Below are positions 19,026-29,120 of a DNA stretch of 64,000 bases, piece by piece. Below the pieces are notes generated by a model. The model did no database searches, was not told the DNA's origin, and saw only the letters and a program-made list of their open reading frames with translations. The position numbers and the translations under genes were made by a program. The first letter of the stretch is position 1; every line of letters begins with the position of its first letter. The stretch is from NCBI GenBank assembly GCA_041678685.1, contig JBAYNV010000001.1, forward strand, positions 4,498 to 68,497. Reading direction: 5' to 3'. This DNA comes from Clostridia bacterium (GTDB lineage: Bacteria > Bacillota > Clostridia > DUPQ01).

Positions 19026-19454
19026 ATGGCGAATATAGCAGCTTTCAGCATCAGTTCTCAGGCTTTATCAGTTTATCAGACTAAAATGGATCTTATAGCA
19101 CAGAACATAGCAAATGCTGACACTATCCAGACAGACACGGAAGAACCATACCAAAGAAGAGAAGCGGAACTTGTTCAGAAGGAATTGTTCAGCGCGGTTT
19201 TTGATGATGTAAAAGAAAACAAGGAAGTTATAAGCGTTGCGATCAGCAGCATCAAAGAAGACCAGACGCCTTTCACATTGGTCTATGATCCTACAAATGA
19301 ATTCGCAAATGAAAACGGTTATGTCACTAAGTCAAATGTGGACGTAACAGCAGAAATGATGGATCTGTTATCAGCAAGCCGTGCATATGAAGCAAATCTG
19401 ATGGCATTCAACACTACTAAAGATATGATTTCTAAAACAACAGAGATACTATAG
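19026..19454 (+). CDS. flgC: flagellar basal-body rod protein FlgC
   Basis: QNIANADT motif. AGGAGG 7 nt upstream of the MANIAAF start. The track start at 19005 is an in-frame upstream extension. Confidence 0.9.
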   Translation: MANIAAFSISSQALSVYQTKMDLIAQNIANADTIQTDTEEPYQRREAELVQKELFSAVFDDVKENKEVISVAISSIKEDQTPFTLVYDPTNEFANENGYVTKSNVDVTAEMMDLLSASRAYEANLMAFNTTKDMISKTTEIL

Positions 19455-19481
19455 TTTTTCTGTCGAGGGGGGAGAAAAATA

Positions 19482-19793
19482 ATGTCAATTCAGGGTATCA
19501 GTGGGATATCTCAGGCACAGAACATCGTTCAGACTGCGGATATATCGAAAAATAATCTAAATAGTGTTACAAACAATGAATTCAGTGATGTTTTTGATAA
19601 TCTGCTTAAAAACCTTGTGGAAGCGGAATTAAACAATGAAAACAACTTAAGTATGCTTGTTTCAGGTGATATTGCTAATATAAGCCAGGCGATAGTAGGG
19701 CTTGCAGAAACTGATCTGACCATACAGTACACTATGGAAGTGAGAAACAAGATCGTGGATTCATATAAAGAAATCATGCAGATGCAAGTATAG
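19482..19793 (+). CDS. fliE: flagellar hook-basal body protein FliE
   Basis: 103 aa with the C-terminal EIMQMQV characteristic of FliE. Confidence 0.85.
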   Translation: MSIQGISGISQAQNIVQTADISKNNLNSVTNNEFSDVFDNLLKNLVEAELNNENNLSMLVSGDIANISQAIVGLAETDLTIQYTMEVRNKIVDSYKEIMQMQV

Positions 19794-19805
19794 GGGAACG
19801 ATGAA

Positions 19806-21323
19806 ATGCCAGATTCAATTAAGTCCATTTTTTCAAAAATCAAAACCTTTTGGAACGGTATAGAAAAAAAGCGTAGAAACAGTATAGTTTTCATGATAAT
19901 ACTGTTTGCCATAGGTATGTCGACGCTTCTTATACTGTTCACCCGTGTGACGTACACGGTCATGTATTCAGGACTTGATGTATATGAAGCCGGTGAAATA
20001 TATACGAAACTTACCGAAATGGGAGCAGACGTCAAACTTAAAAATGATACGACGATACTCATTGATGAAACGCAGGAAGATCAGTACCGGATGGATATGG
20101 CAACACAGGGCTATCCTAAGAGTGGTCTTTCATATGATATATATACGGATAACGTAAGCATGGGCATCTCGGAAAGTGAAAAACAGACATATATGCTGTT
20201 TCAGCTTCAGGACAGACTGCAGAACACGATCAATACACTTGATGGCGTCAACGATGCAATAGTGACGATCAGCAAACCCGACAGTACGCTTTTCGTTCTG
20301 GAAAGTAAGGAGAATCCTATTACAGCCGCTGTTGTTATCGATGTCACATCCGGATTTACTCTTTCATCAGCCAATGTGAAAGCCATAGAATACCTTGTAG
20401 CAAAGAGCATGTCAGGATTAGCAAGCGAAAACATAACGATCATTGACACAAAGATGAATATCCTGAACAGCAAATCTGACAGCGATATCGGTAACGCTTC
20501 AGAAAAATACGAGCTTCAAAGATCATTGGAATATGAGATAGAGCTGAAGATCGCTTCGATAATTGAACCTATTTACGGTTACGGTAATGTCAAAGTAGCC
20601 GCTAATATTAAAATGGATTACGATAAAGTGGCGGAGGAAGTGACCGAATTCTCCCCGGTTACAGACGATGAGGGCATAGTTTATTCGGTCACTGAGAAAA
20701 AAGAAACAATAACTGAAACCCAAAATGCTACAGCGGATGATGAGACAGACACTACATTAGGAAGCGAAGCTGTCTCTTCTGAAAATTCTACACAGTACTA
20801 TGTAAATCAAAGCACAAAAACACTGGATTATGAACAAGGGATCATAGAAGCGATAACGCTTTCAATAGTGATAAACAGTATTGATATAAGCGATGATATG
20901 ATATCAGATATCAAGAAAATGGCGGCAAATGCAATAGGCGGTAATGAAGAGGATATAATCGTACAGGCAATGGAGTTTTCAGCATCAGCAGATATCGCAA
21001 ATGCAATAACGGATGCGCTTGAAAGCGACTCAGACAAATCTTTCATATTTGACCCTGAACTAATCATACAGTCAGCAATGGTCCTATGCTTATTCATTCT
21101 TGGCGTTATGATAATAACCGTTTTCAAGAAAGGCTTTGTATTATCTAAAAAGCAGTTTGCCACGCAGAAACAGCCTGCAGATGATGTAGTTCTTCAGGAA
21201 CTTGGCAACAGAAAAGATCCTGAAGAAAAATACCGTCAGGAAATCGATAAATATGTCGATAAGAATCCTGAAGGGGTCGCAGACCTTTTAAAAAAGTGGA
21301 TCAATGAGGAAAATCATGGATAA
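19806..21323 (+). CDS. fliF: flagellar MS-ring protein FliF
   Basis: 505 aa with an N-terminal TM, a YscJ/FliF domain and a C-terminal TM. Its position in the operon is conserved. Confidence 0.9.
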   Translation: MPDSIKSIFSKIKTFWNGIEKKRRNSIVFMIILFAIGMSTLLILFTRVTYTVMYSGLDVYEAGEIYTKLTEMGADVKLKNDTTILIDETQEDQYRMDMATQGYPKSGLSYDIYTDNVSMGISESEKQTYMLFQLQDRLQNTINTLDGVNDAIVTISKPDSTLFVLESKENPITAAVVIDVTSGFTLSSANVKAIEYLVAKSMSGLASENITIIDTKMNILNSKSDSDIGNASEKYELQRSLEYEIELKIASIIEPIYGYGNVKVAANIKMDYDKVAEEVTEFSPVTDDEGIVYSVTEKKETITETQNATADDETDTTLGSEAVSSENSTQYYVNQSTKTLDYEQGIIEAITLSIVINSIDISDDMISDIKKMAANAIGGNEEDIIVQAMEFSASADIANAITDALESDSDKSFIFDPELIIQSAMVLCLFILGVMIITVFKKGFVLSKKQFATQKQPADDVVLQELGNRKDPEEKYRQEIDKYVDKNPEGVADLLKKWINEENHG

Positions 21324-22338
21324 TGTGATAGGCCTAAGCAATAAAATATCAGGAAAGCAAAAAGCCGCATATCTGCTTATAATGTTAGGCAAAAATCAGG
21401 CATCAAGGATCATGAAATTTTTCAATGAAACAGAGATCCGCACCATGGCTTTTGAAATAGTGAATCATAATACGATCGAAAAAGATGAAAGGATGACGAT
21501 ACTGCAGGACTTCTACAACTCCTGTCTCGCAAAAACATACATAGACAAAGGCGGGGTCGATTATGCCAAGGAAGTCCTGTACGAAACACTCGGGCCTCAG
21601 AAATCCATGGAGCTTATATCAGACATGATGGATCTGGATAAATCAAAACCTTTTGACTTCATGAAGGATGTGGATCCTGTGGAAGTCTTTAATTTTATGC
21701 AGTACGAATCCGATCAGACCATAGCTTTTATCCTTTCATATCTGAAAAACAGTCAGGCGGCAGCTATACTCTCAATGCTTCCAAAAGAAAGACAGGCTAA
21801 TATCTCCGTAAAAATCGCACTTATGGATAAGATCTCTCCAGATATAATAAAGGATATAGAAAAAGTCATGGGAGAGAAATTCACACATTCCGGGATGCAG
21901 ACATATACGAAAACCGAGGGTGTCGATATACTCGTCAACATATTGAATGCAGTAGACAGAAGCACTGAAAAACAGATATTTGACATGCTGGAAGAAGATA
22001 ATGACAGCCTTGCAGGCGAAGTCAAGAAAAGGATGTTCGTATTTGAAGATATCATCAACCTTGGCAATAAAGAAATACAGCGTTTCCTTGCCGAAGTCGA
22101 CACAAAAGACCTGTCCGTGGCGCTTAAAACAGCTACCAATGAACTGAAAGACCTTATATTAAGGAATTTATCCAAACGTGCAAAGCAAATGGTCACTGAA
22201 GAAATGAATCTTTTAGGACCTGTCAGACTCAGCGAAGTCGAAAAAGCACAGCAGTCTCTGGTCAGTGTCATAAGGGCGCTGGATGAAAAGGGAGAGATAC
22301 TTATAAGAAAATCAGGCGATGATAAGATCATCGAATAA
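21304..22338 (+). CDS. fliG: flagellar motor switch protein FliG
   Basis: GKQKAAYLLIMLG N-terminus and FliG C-terminal domain motifs. Confidence 0.9.
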   Translation: MRKIMDNVIGLSNKISGKQKAAYLLIMLGKNQASRIMKFFNETEIRTMAFEIVNHNTIEKDERMTILQDFYNSCLAKTYIDKGGVDYAKEVLYETLGPQKSMELISDMMDLDKSKPFDFMKDVDPVEVFNFMQYESDQTIAFILSYLKNSQAAAILSMLPKERQANISVKIALMDKISPDIIKDIEKVMGEKFTHSGMQTYTKTEGVDILVNILNAVDRSTEKQIFDMLEEDNDSLAGEVKKRMFVFEDIINLGNKEIQRFLAEVDTKDLSVALKTATNELKDLILRNLSKRAKQMVTEEMNLLGPVRLSEVEKAQQSLVSVIRALDEKGEILIRKSGDDKIIE

Positions 22339-22386
22339 CATTTCACTTAAAGTCAGAACACATTATTACCGATTATAAGGACAAGG

Positions 22387-23106
22387 ATGGTGAAAAGATT
22401 GAGTGATTTATATAAAAATTCCGATGTGGTGCTAATGAATGACAAATACTATATCAGCTTCACCGAAAGCCGTTCAGATACTATGAGCTTTGAGAAATAT
22501 AAATTGCACGATGCTGATGATCTGACAGGCTCGGAAATATCTGACGATATAATACGGGATGCAGAAAATGAAGCGGAAAAAATAACAGGCGAAGCAAAGA
22601 TCCAGGCAGAGAACATATTGAATCAGGCTATGAAACAAAAAGAAGAGCAATTCAGTGACGGTTATGCCAAAGGTCTTGAAAAAGCTGAAAAAGAATATAG
22701 TGAAAAGTTCAGGATGCTGAGTGATGCTTTGATGGAATCATTAAAGGCAAAGAAAGAGATGATCGAAAATACCGAACAGCAGGTGCTTTTATTATCAGTA
22801 AAAATCGCTGAAAAAATAATCCACGAAAAGATCCTTCTTTCCGAAAACAGCACCAAATCATTCTTTGAAAATTCTATCGAGGATATACTCAGAAATGACT
22901 TCAACGTGATATGCGTCCGAATGAATAAATATAATATCGAAAATCTCTATCCTGATTGGGAAGTTGAGAAATTCATGCTTAATATCAAACATGACGCAAG
23001 GCTTGATAATGATTCCTGTATCGTAGAGACAGAGACAGGAGATATCGATATCAGCGTATTCACGCAACTTAGTGAAGTCTCCAGAAAATTGATCAGTATA
23101 GCATAA
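22387..23106 (+). CDS. fliH: flagellar assembly protein FliH
   Basis: A charged coiled-coil region (EAEKITGEAKIQAENIL...) and the FliH C-domain. Its position between fliG and fliI supports the call. Confidence 0.7.
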   Translation: MVKRLSDLYKNSDVVLMNDKYYISFTESRSDTMSFEKYKLHDADDLTGSEISDDIIRDAENEAEKITGEAKIQAENILNQAMKQKEEQFSDGYAKGLEKAEKEYSEKFRMLSDALMESLKAKKEMIENTEQQVLLLSVKIAEKIIHEKILLSENSTKSFFENSIEDILRNDFNVICVRMNKYNIENLYPDWEVEKFMLNIKHDARLDNDSCIVETETGDIDISVFTQLSEVSRKLISIA

Positions 23107-23107
23107 C

Positions 23108-24421
23108 ATGATGATCGATTTAAAAAAATACCTGGATAAATTAGAAGATATGAACTGTTACAGGACATATGGTGAGATCAAAAAAATCATAGGTTCCAGC
23201 ATCGAAAGCAGCGGTCCGAGAGCTGAAATAGGTGAAATATGCAGGATAGTCAAAAAAAACAGCAGTCCGGATAGCTATATTTTAGCCGAAGTCGTAGGAT
23301 TCAATGATAAACGGATCCTTCTTATGCCATATGAAGATACAAAAGGGATCAATAATGGAGACAGGGTCTATGCTACCGGACAGCAGCTCCAGGTCAAAGT
23401 AAACGAAAAACTTATAGGAAAAGTACTTGACGGTTTAGGCAGGCCTGTTGACGGCACTGATATAGGAGCATGCGAATTAAGAGATGCGTATGCCGATTCA
23501 CCCAATCCTTTCACCAGGAAGAGGATATCGGAGCCCCTCCCTCTTGGGATCAAGGCCATCGATTCCCTGCTGACCTGCGGAAAAGGCCAAAGGCTTGGCA
23601 TATTTTCCGGTACAGGCGTAGGTAAAAGCACCCTTCTGGGTATGATAGCAAGGAATTCCTCTGCTGATATCAATGTCATAGCCCTGGTTGGGGAAAGAGG
23701 CAGAGAGGTAAATGATTTTATTGAAAAAGATCTGAATGAAGAAGGTTTAAAACGATCCATAGTAATAGTCGCTACGTCTGACCAGCCTGCGATCATACGC
23801 ATCAAATGTGCATTGGTGGCCACAGCTATTGCCGAATATTTCCGGGACAGGAAGAAGAACGTTCTTCTTATGATGGATTCTCTCACGAGATTTGCGATGG
23901 CCCAGCGTGAAGTCGGATTAGCTGCAGGTGAACCGCCTGTGGCAAGAGGCTATACTCCGTCTGTTCTGTCTGTTCTGCCGCGTCTTCTGGAAAGAACCGG
24001 ATATAACGATGAATGCTGCATTACAGCTATATATACTGTTCTTGTTGAAGGAGATGAGATGAATGAACCCATCTCTGATACCGTAAGAGGTATATTGGAC
24101 GGGCACATAATCTTATCAAGGGCAATAGCCGCTAAAAACCACTACCCTGCCATAGATATACTGAACAGTATAAGCAGGGTCATGCCTGATATCATAGACC
24201 AGAAGCACCTTCAATCTGCCATGCAGGTCAGAAATCTGCTTTCGACTTATGAGAATTACAGGGATCTGATATCGATTGGAGCATACAAGGAAGGCAGCAA
24301 TAAGGAGATAGATAAAGCATTAAAAAACATAGATAACATCAATGGTTTTTTAAAACAGAATGTAAAAGATTCCGTACTGTATAAGGACACTCTTTCCACT
24401 CTGGAAAACCTTGTGATATAG
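23108..24421 (+). CDS. fliI: flagellum-specific ATP synthase FliI
   Basis: Walker A GTGVGKST and the F1/T3SS ATPase fold signature. Confidence 0.95.
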   Translation: MMIDLKKYLDKLEDMNCYRTYGEIKKIIGSSIESSGPRAEIGEICRIVKKNSSPDSYILAEVVGFNDKRILLMPYEDTKGINNGDRVYATGQQLQVKVNEKLIGKVLDGLGRPVDGTDIGACELRDAYADSPNPFTRKRISEPLPLGIKAIDSLLTCGKGQRLGIFSGTGVGKSTLLGMIARNSSADINVIALVGERGREVNDFIEKDLNEEGLKRSIVIVATSDQPAIIRIKCALVATAIAEYFRDRKKNVLLMMDSLTRFAMAQREVGLAAGEPPVARGYTPSVLSVLPRLLERTGYNDECCITAIYTVLVEGDEMNEPISDTVRGILDGHIILSRAIAAKNHYPAIDILNSISRVMPDIIDQKHLQSAMQVRNLLSTYENYRDLISIGAYKEGSNKEIDKALKNIDNINGFLKQNVKDSVLYKDTLSTLENLVI

Positions 24422-24428
24422 GGGGACT

Positions 24429-24866
24429 GTGATGAAAGCATTTAAGTTCTCGTTGCAGTCGGTCCTGAATAATGCAAATAACCAAAAGGATGAATGCATC
24501 TTAAGGTTAAAGGAAGTGATGGCGCAGATCAGGAAGAACGAGGACGAAAAAAATGCGCATTCTGAAATGATAAGAGCATGCGAATCCAGCCTTGATTCTC
24601 ATTGTGATGCGATAGGTTTCAGGCAGATAAAAATATATATTGAGGATCTTTCAGAAAAAATCGAATCGATAAACAAGGAATTGGAAAGACTGAATATATT
24701 AAGATCACAAAGGCTCGAGGATCTGAAAAAAGCAAAAATCAAATGTTCAACATTTGAGAAGATAAGGGAAAAGAAGTACACGCAATACCTTGATGATATA
24801 AAAAAGTTTGAAGAAAAAGAAATCGAAGAGCTTGTAAACAATAACTATTTTACAAAGGCGGAATGA
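24429..24866 (+). CDS. fliJ: flagellar export protein FliJ
   Basis: A 145-aa coiled-coil protein (FSLQSVLN...) directly after fliI. Confidence 0.65.
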   Translation: MMKAFKFSLQSVLNNANNQKDECILRLKEVMAQIRKNEDEKNAHSEMIRACESSLDSHCDAIGFRQIKIYIEDLSEKIESINKELERLNILRSQRLEDLKKAKIKCSTFEKIREKKYTQYLDDIKKFEEKEIEELVNNNYFTKAE

Positions 24867-24870
24867 TAAG

Positions 24871-25647
24871 ATGAAAAAAACTGATCCACTGGCCGATAAA
24901 ACAATAAAAGAGAAAGAAGATCTGGAGGAAAAACCTTCAAAGAAGACCGGTTTGTCATCTTTATTCAAGAAGAAGCAAAAAACCGAGGATGATGGAACCG
25001 ATGATGTAACAGCAGCCCAGCCGGCAGACGAAGAGGATGAGTCAAAAAAGTCCGGTAAAAAGATAAAAATCCCGTTTAAACTCATTTTCATCATCCTGGG
25101 GATATCGGTAGCTGCTTCTGTTCTTGTGATATTCATCTTCGACTGGACAGGATGGAGAACTTCGTTAAGGGATGGTATCACGACAAAACTGCTTGGCAGA
25201 GAAAAGGAAATACTGATCGCCAGGCTTGAGTTTGAATATAAAATGAAATTAGAAACCGCAACAAAAGATATGCTGAATGAAGAAAGAGCAACATTAGTTT
25301 TAGAATACGAGGAACTTGAAGTAAAAAAGGTGGATTTCGAAACAAGAATGTCGCGCCTTGAAAGCTCGGAACTGCTGCTTGTACAGGACAGAGCGGACCT
25401 GGAGACAAGGGAAACTGAGCTTCTGGCAAATATCGAACAATTCGAAAATGGAGTTCTGGAGGTAACTGAACTTGGCAAGATTTACGAATCCATGGAACCT
25501 CAAAATGCAGCGAAAATATTAGGTTCGATGAGAGATGTGCAGCAGATAGTAAAAATATTAAAAACAATGAAAACTGATAGCATAGCAGCTATATTAGAAC
25601 TGATGGAAACACAGAAAGCAGCCGATATATTAAGTAAGCTTAATTAA
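24871..25647 (+). CDS. YlxF-like flagellar operon protein (disordered K/E/D-rich N-terminus, one TM, coiled coil, MgtE_N-like C-terminal domain)
   Basis: It occupies the ylxF position between fliJ and fliK. The C-terminus (NAAKILGSM...IAAILELMETQKAADILSKL) has MgtE-N-like helical repeats. TM: IPFKLIFIILGISVAASVLVIFIF. Confidence 0.5.
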   Translation: MKKTDPLADKTIKEKEDLEEKPSKKTGLSSLFKKKQKTEDDGTDDVTAAQPADEEDESKKSGKKIKIPFKLIFIILGISVAASVLVIFIFDWTGWRTSLRDGITTKLLGREKEILIARLEFEYKMKLETATKDMLNEERATLVLEYEELEVKKVDFETRMSRLESSELLLVQDRADLETRETELLANIEQFENGVLEVTELGKIYESMEPQNAAKILGSMRDVQQIVKILKTMKTDSIAAILELMETQKAADILSKLN

Positions 25648-25661
25648 AGGAAGACTGCGGT

Positions 25662-27170
25662 GTGTTGATAATATCAAATAGCGTACCAGATCTAGCCAAA
25701 ACAGAAAACTGTATTCAATCTGCCCAAACCAATGGTCCGACAGGATCTTTTACACAGATCCTCGAACTGTGTAACACCCTTTTAACTGATATGAATGTTC
25801 AGGGTGCGGATATAGAAAACGGATCATCCGGTACTGAAGTGGAAGTTATCGTAAATACAGCTGATAAGGATGATGAACCTGTAACTGATCCCATAATAGA
25901 CATTCCATTGGGTCAGGATCTCGTGATCCCCTGTATAAATATGGAACTGACAGGATCGGCGTTACATGAAGAAAAGATTTTCAGAGCAGATCCCGACTTC
26001 AGAGCAGATCCCGATATTCAAGACAGCACAGTTAAAATCGATAATACTATAAGTTTGCCACATGAAATACCTCAAAAAATACCGGATATCAACACCGTTG
26101 ATACCGATCGATCCAGTGATGCGCAGGAGCCTTATGATCAGCCGGCACTATCCCCTGCCCAACCAGATGCCCTAAAAACCGATCCGGCTATAAGTGTTTT
26201 ACTCAAAGAGCATCAAAACACCGTGATCACCGGTACATCTGATATCAGCCAGTCAAAGGATATGCAGATACTAAATGAACAGCCGGTACCTATGGCCATA
26301 CTATCTGATGATCAGGTAAAACCTGACCCGATCATAGCCGGACACCCGATCCCTGATAAGATCAGTGCGTTATCTGAAAAAACGGAACTGAATAATACTG
26401 ATTCAAGAATAAATATTCCAAGATCCGAAGATATGCGAAAGATCCTAGTATCACCCAAACCTTTAGATACAGCATCAGGATCATCGGATAATGAAAATGT
26501 AATATATTATGATCAGCCAAAAAACAGTGAGATCATTCATGCGGATGCTGTTGTGAAGAATAAAGATGCAGTTACAGATAAAGATGAAAGGTCATATGAT
26601 CCCAGATCAAAAGCAGCTTTCATAAACGAAACAGGTGAAGAAAAGCTGGTTTCTGCCGATAATATATTTAACAAAGGCGGAGCCGACAGGATGAATATTA
26701 TTAAAGAAGATCCGAATCAAATAGAGAAAAATCAGCTTGTGAGCCAGATAGCCGATAAAATCGACTTTTCAGTCAGGGACGGTAAAAGCGTTATTGAAAT
26801 AAGTCTTACACCCGATGATTTCGGTGCTATCGAAATAGAAACAGTTATAAGCGATAAAAGCATAAAGCTGGATATTTATACAGAAAAAAACAGTACAAAC
26901 AAGCTCCTTTGCAGCAAAACCAGTGAATTGAATACGTTGCTTACGGAAAAAGGTTTCAAGGTCGAGCAGATCAATATATCAGATAAGATCACTGCTTCTG
27001 CCAATTACATGAGCGGATCCGGACAGGAGTCCGGTTTTGCCAATAATAACTTCAATCAGTTTCAGCATAGCCGGTATATTTCCGTACTTAATGCACCGAC
27101 CGATACAGACAGCGAAAATGATCCTGTAATAGTCCCCTCAAATACCGGATCGATAAATATATATGTGTAA
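25662..27170 (+). CDS. fliK: flagellar hook-length control protein FliK
   Basis: GTG start with AAAGGAAG 8 nt upstream. It has a Pro/Asp/Gln-rich central ruler region and a C-terminal FliK (Flg_hook) domain (DFSVRDGKSVIEISLTPDDFGAIEIE). Confidence 0.7.
   Translation: MLIISNSVPDLAKTENCIQSAQTNGPTGSFTQILELCNTLLTDMNVQGADIENGSSGTEVEVIVNTADKDDEPVTDPIIDIPLGQDLVIPCINMELTGSALHEEKIFRADPDFRADPDIQDSTVKIDNTISLPHEIPQKIPDINTVDTDRSSDAQEPYDQPALSPAQPDALKTDPAISVLLKEHQNTVITGTSDISQSKDMQILNEQPVPMAILSDDQVKPDPIIAGHPIPDKISALSEKTELNNTDSRINIPRSEDMRKILVSPKPLDTASGSSDNENVIYYDQPKNSEIIHADAVVKNKDAVTDKDERSYDPRSKAAFINETGEEKLVSADNIFNKGGADRMNIIKEDPNQIEKNQLVSQIADKIDFSVRDGKSVIEISLTPDDFGAIEIETVISDKSIKLDIYTEKNSTNKLLCSKTSELNTLLTEKGFKVEQINISDKITASANYMSGSGQESGFANNNFNQFQHSRYISVLNAPTDTDSENDPVIVPSNTGSINIYV
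25979..26014 (+). repeat. perfect 18-bp tandem duplication inside the fliK ruler region (ttcagagcagatcccga x2, encoding FRADPD-FRADPD)
   Basis: The direct repeat is visible in the sequence. It is in frame and leaves the ORF intact. Confidence 0.8.
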
Positions 27171-27179
27171 GGAGAGAAA

Positions 27180-27578
27180 ATGAACATTATACCTATAGGG
27201 CAGACCACTGAATATGTTAACAATGCAAAAGCTGAAGACGCCACTACAATGGATCAGGAAGACTTTCTTCAGATCCTGGTATCTCAGATGCAGAACCAGA
27301 ATCCTATGGAACCGATGGATGATTTCGAATACATGAGCCAGATAACGCAATTTTCCATGCTTGACAGTGTTGACGGTATCTATTCGCAGATATCAGGACT
27401 GAAAGCCCTGGATTACATAGGCAAGAATGTCATCGGCTCATATATGAACGACAGCAGTACGACCACCCAATATATAGAGGGGCTTGTGCAGAGCATAACC
27501 ATACAGGATGATTCCGTGATACTGAACCTTGAGGATGGATCACTGTATATGGACAATGTTCTAAATGTGTATGAATAA
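27180..27578 (+). CDS. flgD: flagellar hook capping/assembly protein FlgD
   Basis: DFLQILVSQMQNQNPMEPMD is the FlgD signature. Confidence 0.85.
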   Translation: MNIIPIGQTTEYVNNAKAEDATTMDQEDFLQILVSQMQNQNPMEPMDDFEYMSQITQFSMLDSVDGIYSQISGLKALDYIGKNVIGSYMNDSSTTTQYIEGLVQSITIQDDSVILNLEDGSLYMDNVLNVYE

Positions 27579-27630
27579 AGTAAATATTATTTGCATATAA
27601 CAGATAAGTGAGAAAACAGGAGGAAGAAAA

Positions 27631-28902
27631 ATGTTAAGATCGATGTATTCTGGAGTGTCAGGGCTGCTGTCCCATCAGAAGAAGATGGACATAATAGGCA
27701 ACAATATCGCTAACGTCAATACGACTGCTTTTAAGAGCAGCAATATCGTTTTTGAGGAAGTATTCAGCCAACTGGTCGCAAGCGCCGCCCAGCCCACTGA
27801 AGATGGCAGAGGCGGTATAAATCCCCAGCAGATAGGACTTGGAGTTAGCATTGGTAATATAACCACGAACATGTCAAAAGGCAGCATCCAGACGACCGAC
27901 AATCCCAATGATCTGGCAATTGACGGTGAAGGCTTCTTTGTTGTAACTGACGGTTCAGGTATCTACTATACTAGAGCAGGAAGTTTCAATGTTGATAAAG
28001 ACGGAAGTTTAGTCAATGGCAGCGGATACAAGGTCATGGGCTGGAACAAAAATCCCAGTACGGGCAATATAGACACAAGTAAACCTACTGAGGCCGTAGA
28101 TTTTTCCAATCTGAAGATGCAGGCCAGGAGCACGACGAAAGTCAACCTGACAGGCAATCTGAGCAGCGAAACGCCTCAGTATGATTCTGAAAATGATGAA
28201 AATGCTATCCTTCATAATCTGACTATATACGATTCATTAGGAGAATCGCATACACTGACTTTTAAATTTATGAAGAACGCAACCGCAAACGGATACTCAT
28301 TCGCGCTTACCGAGAGCGATAGTACATTCGAGATCTCTGCAGGTTCCACAGGGGGCTCCGTTGGTTTCAATTCATCAGGCAAGCTTGATGCAACTGCCAC
28401 CACTGTACCTCAGGTCTCGCTGACATTTTCTAACGGAGCGGATAATATATCGTTTGCTGCAGGTTCAATAACGTTTGATCCTATAAGCTTCACGCAATAC
28501 TCAAACAGCACTTCAGTAAAATCCTCACAGGATGGTTACAGCTCAGGAGAACTGGAAACACTGAGCATAAGCAGCGACGGGCAGATAATAGGACAGTTCA
28601 CAAACGGTCTTCAGGATCATGTTTCAACACTGGCTGTTTCATCTTTTATAAATACTAACGGTTTACAAAAAGTCGGAGGCAATATGTTCTGCACGACATG
28701 GAATTCAGGAGATGCGGATGTAGGCACGGCAAACACAGGAGAACGCGGTTCTATTGCTACTTCCTCCCTTGAAATGTCCAATGTGGATCTTGCAACGGAA
28801 TTTACGGAAATGATAGTTACTCAAAGAGGATTCCAGGCAAACTCAAGGATCATATCCGTATCCGATGAATTGCTTGAAGAGCTCGTTAATCTGAAGAGAT
28901 AA
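27631..28902 (+). CDS. flgE: flagellar hook protein FlgE
   Basis: The N-terminal MLRSMYSGVSGLLSHQKKMDIIGNNIANVNTTAFK and a C-terminal rod/hook heptad domain. Confidence 0.9.
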   Translation: MLRSMYSGVSGLLSHQKKMDIIGNNIANVNTTAFKSSNIVFEEVFSQLVASAAQPTEDGRGGINPQQIGLGVSIGNITTNMSKGSIQTTDNPNDLAIDGEGFFVVTDGSGIYYTRAGSFNVDKDGSLVNGSGYKVMGWNKNPSTGNIDTSKPTEAVDFSNLKMQARSTTKVNLTGNLSSETPQYDSENDENAILHNLTIYDSLGESHTLTFKFMKNATANGYSFALTESDSTFEISAGSTGGSVGFNSSGKLDATATTVPQVSLTFSNGADNISFAAGSITFDPISFTQYSNSTSVKSSQDGYSSGELETLSISSDGQIIGQFTNGLQDHVSTLAVSSFINTNGLQKVGGNMFCTTWNSGDADVGTANTGERGSIATSSLEMSNVDLATEFTEMIVTQRGFQANSRIISVSDELLEELVNLKR

Positions 28903-29120
28903 TGGCAGGAAGGAGTAAACTTATGATTTTACTTACACAGATAAATGACAAACCTATAATACTTAACTGTGATTTGATTTTACAGATCGAAGAAACTCCT
29001 CATACGGTCATAAAGATGGAAAATGGCGATAAATATCTGGTAAAAGAATCAGCTTTGCAGGTAGTGGAAAAGGTCATTAGTTTCAAGGCCGAAATACAGA
29101 TAAGGGCACAGGTAGTATAA
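28902..29120 (+). CDS. flbD: flagellar protein FlbD
   Basis: 72 aa. The motif LTQINDKPIILNCDLILQIEETPHTVIKMENGDKYLVKES is the FlbD family pattern. Confidence 0.8.
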   Translation: MAGRSKLMILLTQINDKPIILNCDLILQIEETPHTVIKMENGDKYLVKESALQVVEKVISFKAEIQIRAQVV

